Assembly (NCBI RefSeq): GCF_020745735.1
Contig: NC_083424.1
Coordinates: 49,586,999-49,650,998, forward strand
DNA: 64,000 nt
Direction: 5' to 3'
DNA from: Hemiscyllium ocellatum
Lineage: Eukaryota
The first letter of the stretch is position 1. Each line of letters opens with the position of its first letter. A program made the position numbers and the translations under genes. The notes beneath the pieces are model-generated. The model made no database searches, was not told the origin of the DNA, and saw nothing but the letters and a program-made list of their open reading frames with translations. Shown one piece after another: positions 62,612-64,000 of the stretch.

Positions 62612-64000
62612 CTCATCTTCACCATGGATATCCAATCCCTCTACACCTCCATCCGCCACGACCAGGCCGTCCAAGCCCTCCTTTTTTTTTCCTCTCCAGA
62701 CGTCCCCAACAGTACCCTTCCACCGACACTCTCATTCGTTTGGCCGAACTGGTCCTCATCCTTAACAATTTCTCCTTTGAATCTCCCCCTTCCTCCAGAC
62801 CAAAGGGTTAGCCATGGGCCCACGTATGGGCCCCAGCTATGCCTGTCTCTTTGTTGGCTACGTAGAACAGTTAATCTTCCGTAATTACACCGGCACCACT
62901 TCCCACCTTTTACTCCCCTACATTGATGACTGCATTGGCTCCATCTCGTGCTCCCGCGAGGAGGTTGAGCAATTCATCAACTTCACCAACACATTCCACC
63001 CTGACCTTAAATTTACCTGGACCATCTCTGACACCTCCCTCCCCTTCCTGGACCTCTCCATCTCCATTAGTGATGACCGACTTCACACGGACATTTTTTA
63101 CAAACCCACCGACTCCCACAGCTACCTGGATTACACCTCTTCGCACCCTATCTCTTGCAAAAATGCCATCCAATATTCCCAATTCCTCCGCCTCTGTCGT
63201 ATCTGCTCCCAGGAGGACCAATTCCACCATAGAACATACCAGATGGCCTCCTTCTTTAGAGACCGCAATTTCCCTTCCCACATGGTTAAAGATGTCCTCT
63301 AACGCATCTCGTCCACATCCCGCACCTCCGCCCTCAGACCACACCCCTCCAACCGTAACAAGGACAGAATGCCTCTGGTGCTCACCTTCCACCCTACCAA
63401 CTTTTGCATAAACCAAATCATCCGCTGACATTTCTGCCACCTCCAAAAAGACCCCAACACCAGGGATATATTTCTCTCCCCACCCCTTTCTGCCTTCCGC
63501 AAAGACCGTTCCCTCGGTGACTACCTGGTCAGGTCCACGCCCCGCTATGACCCACCCTCCCATCCTGGCACTTTCCCCTGCCACCGCAGGGACTGTAAAA
63601 CCTGTGCTCATACCTCCTCCCTAACCTCTATCCAAGACCCTAAAGGAGCCTTCCACAGCCATCAAACTTTTACCTGCACATCCACTAATATCATTTATTC
63701 TGTCCGTTGCTCCCGATGCGGTCTCTTCTACATTGGGGAGACTGGGCGCCTCCTAGAAGAGCGCTTTAGGGAACATCTCTGAGATACCCACACCAATTAA
63801 CCACACCGCCCCGTGGCCCAACATTTCAACTCCCCCTCCCACTCTCCCGAGGACATGGAGGTCATAGGCCACCTTCACCGCCGCTCCCTCACCACCAGAT
63901 GCCTGGAGGAAGAACGCCTCATCTTCCGCCTCGGAACACTTCAACCCCAAGGCATCAATGTGGACTTCAACAGCTTCCCCATTTCCCCTTCCCCCACCTC
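62612..64000 (+). mobile_element. Penelope-like element at the site orthologous to 31973 (runs off the window)
   Basis: Same left junction CTGAAAAAGTCC|ctcatc (62600-62611); RT fragment 62814-63302; own lesions (poly-T frameshift near 62690, TGA near 63426); lacks the 5-bp deletion of the 31973 copy. Confidence 0.93.

Larger units (their letters stand above)
53861..64000 (-). repeat. Tandem unit 4 (type B), runs off the window
   Basis: Offset about 30,635 from unit 2. Confidence 0.9.

Noticed and set aside
1-64000. Most remaining ORFs in the six-frame track
   Set aside because: They are alternative or antisense frames of SINE, CR1, PLE and Gypsy fragments or chance ORFs copied by the duplication.

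Overview
Eukaryotic genomic DNA from a cartilaginous fish (shark-type SINE/LINE/Penelope repeats), not a prokaryotic window. From about 8262 to the end it is a head-to-tail array of four ~15-kb units, arranged as two alternating types (A1-B1-A2-B2, ~30.6-kb higher-order period). Each unit carries one minus-strand immunoglobulin light-chain cluster of lambda type: octamer/TATA promoter, leader exon, a germline-joined VJ exon with no RSS, a ~2.8-3.0-kb intron, a C exon and two poly(A) signals. Cluster 1 is disrupted by a young HE1-like SINE inside the V exon and cluster 4 has lost the invariant second V-domain cysteine; clusters 2 and 3 look intact. A/B divergence in V is concentrated in CDR1 and CDR3 and includes contiguous doublet substitutions. 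Left of the array is a decayed Gmr1-like Ty3/Gypsy element (gag-PR-IN-RT-RH order) plus LINE fragments. The array is studded with Penelope-like element (PLE) pieces and short TSD-flanked palindromic PLE derivatives carrying minimal hammerhead-ribozyme cores; one such core lies in sense orientation in all four J-C introns. Exon, TSD and motif coordinates were read base by base; repeat boundaries and identity estimates are approximate, by eye.
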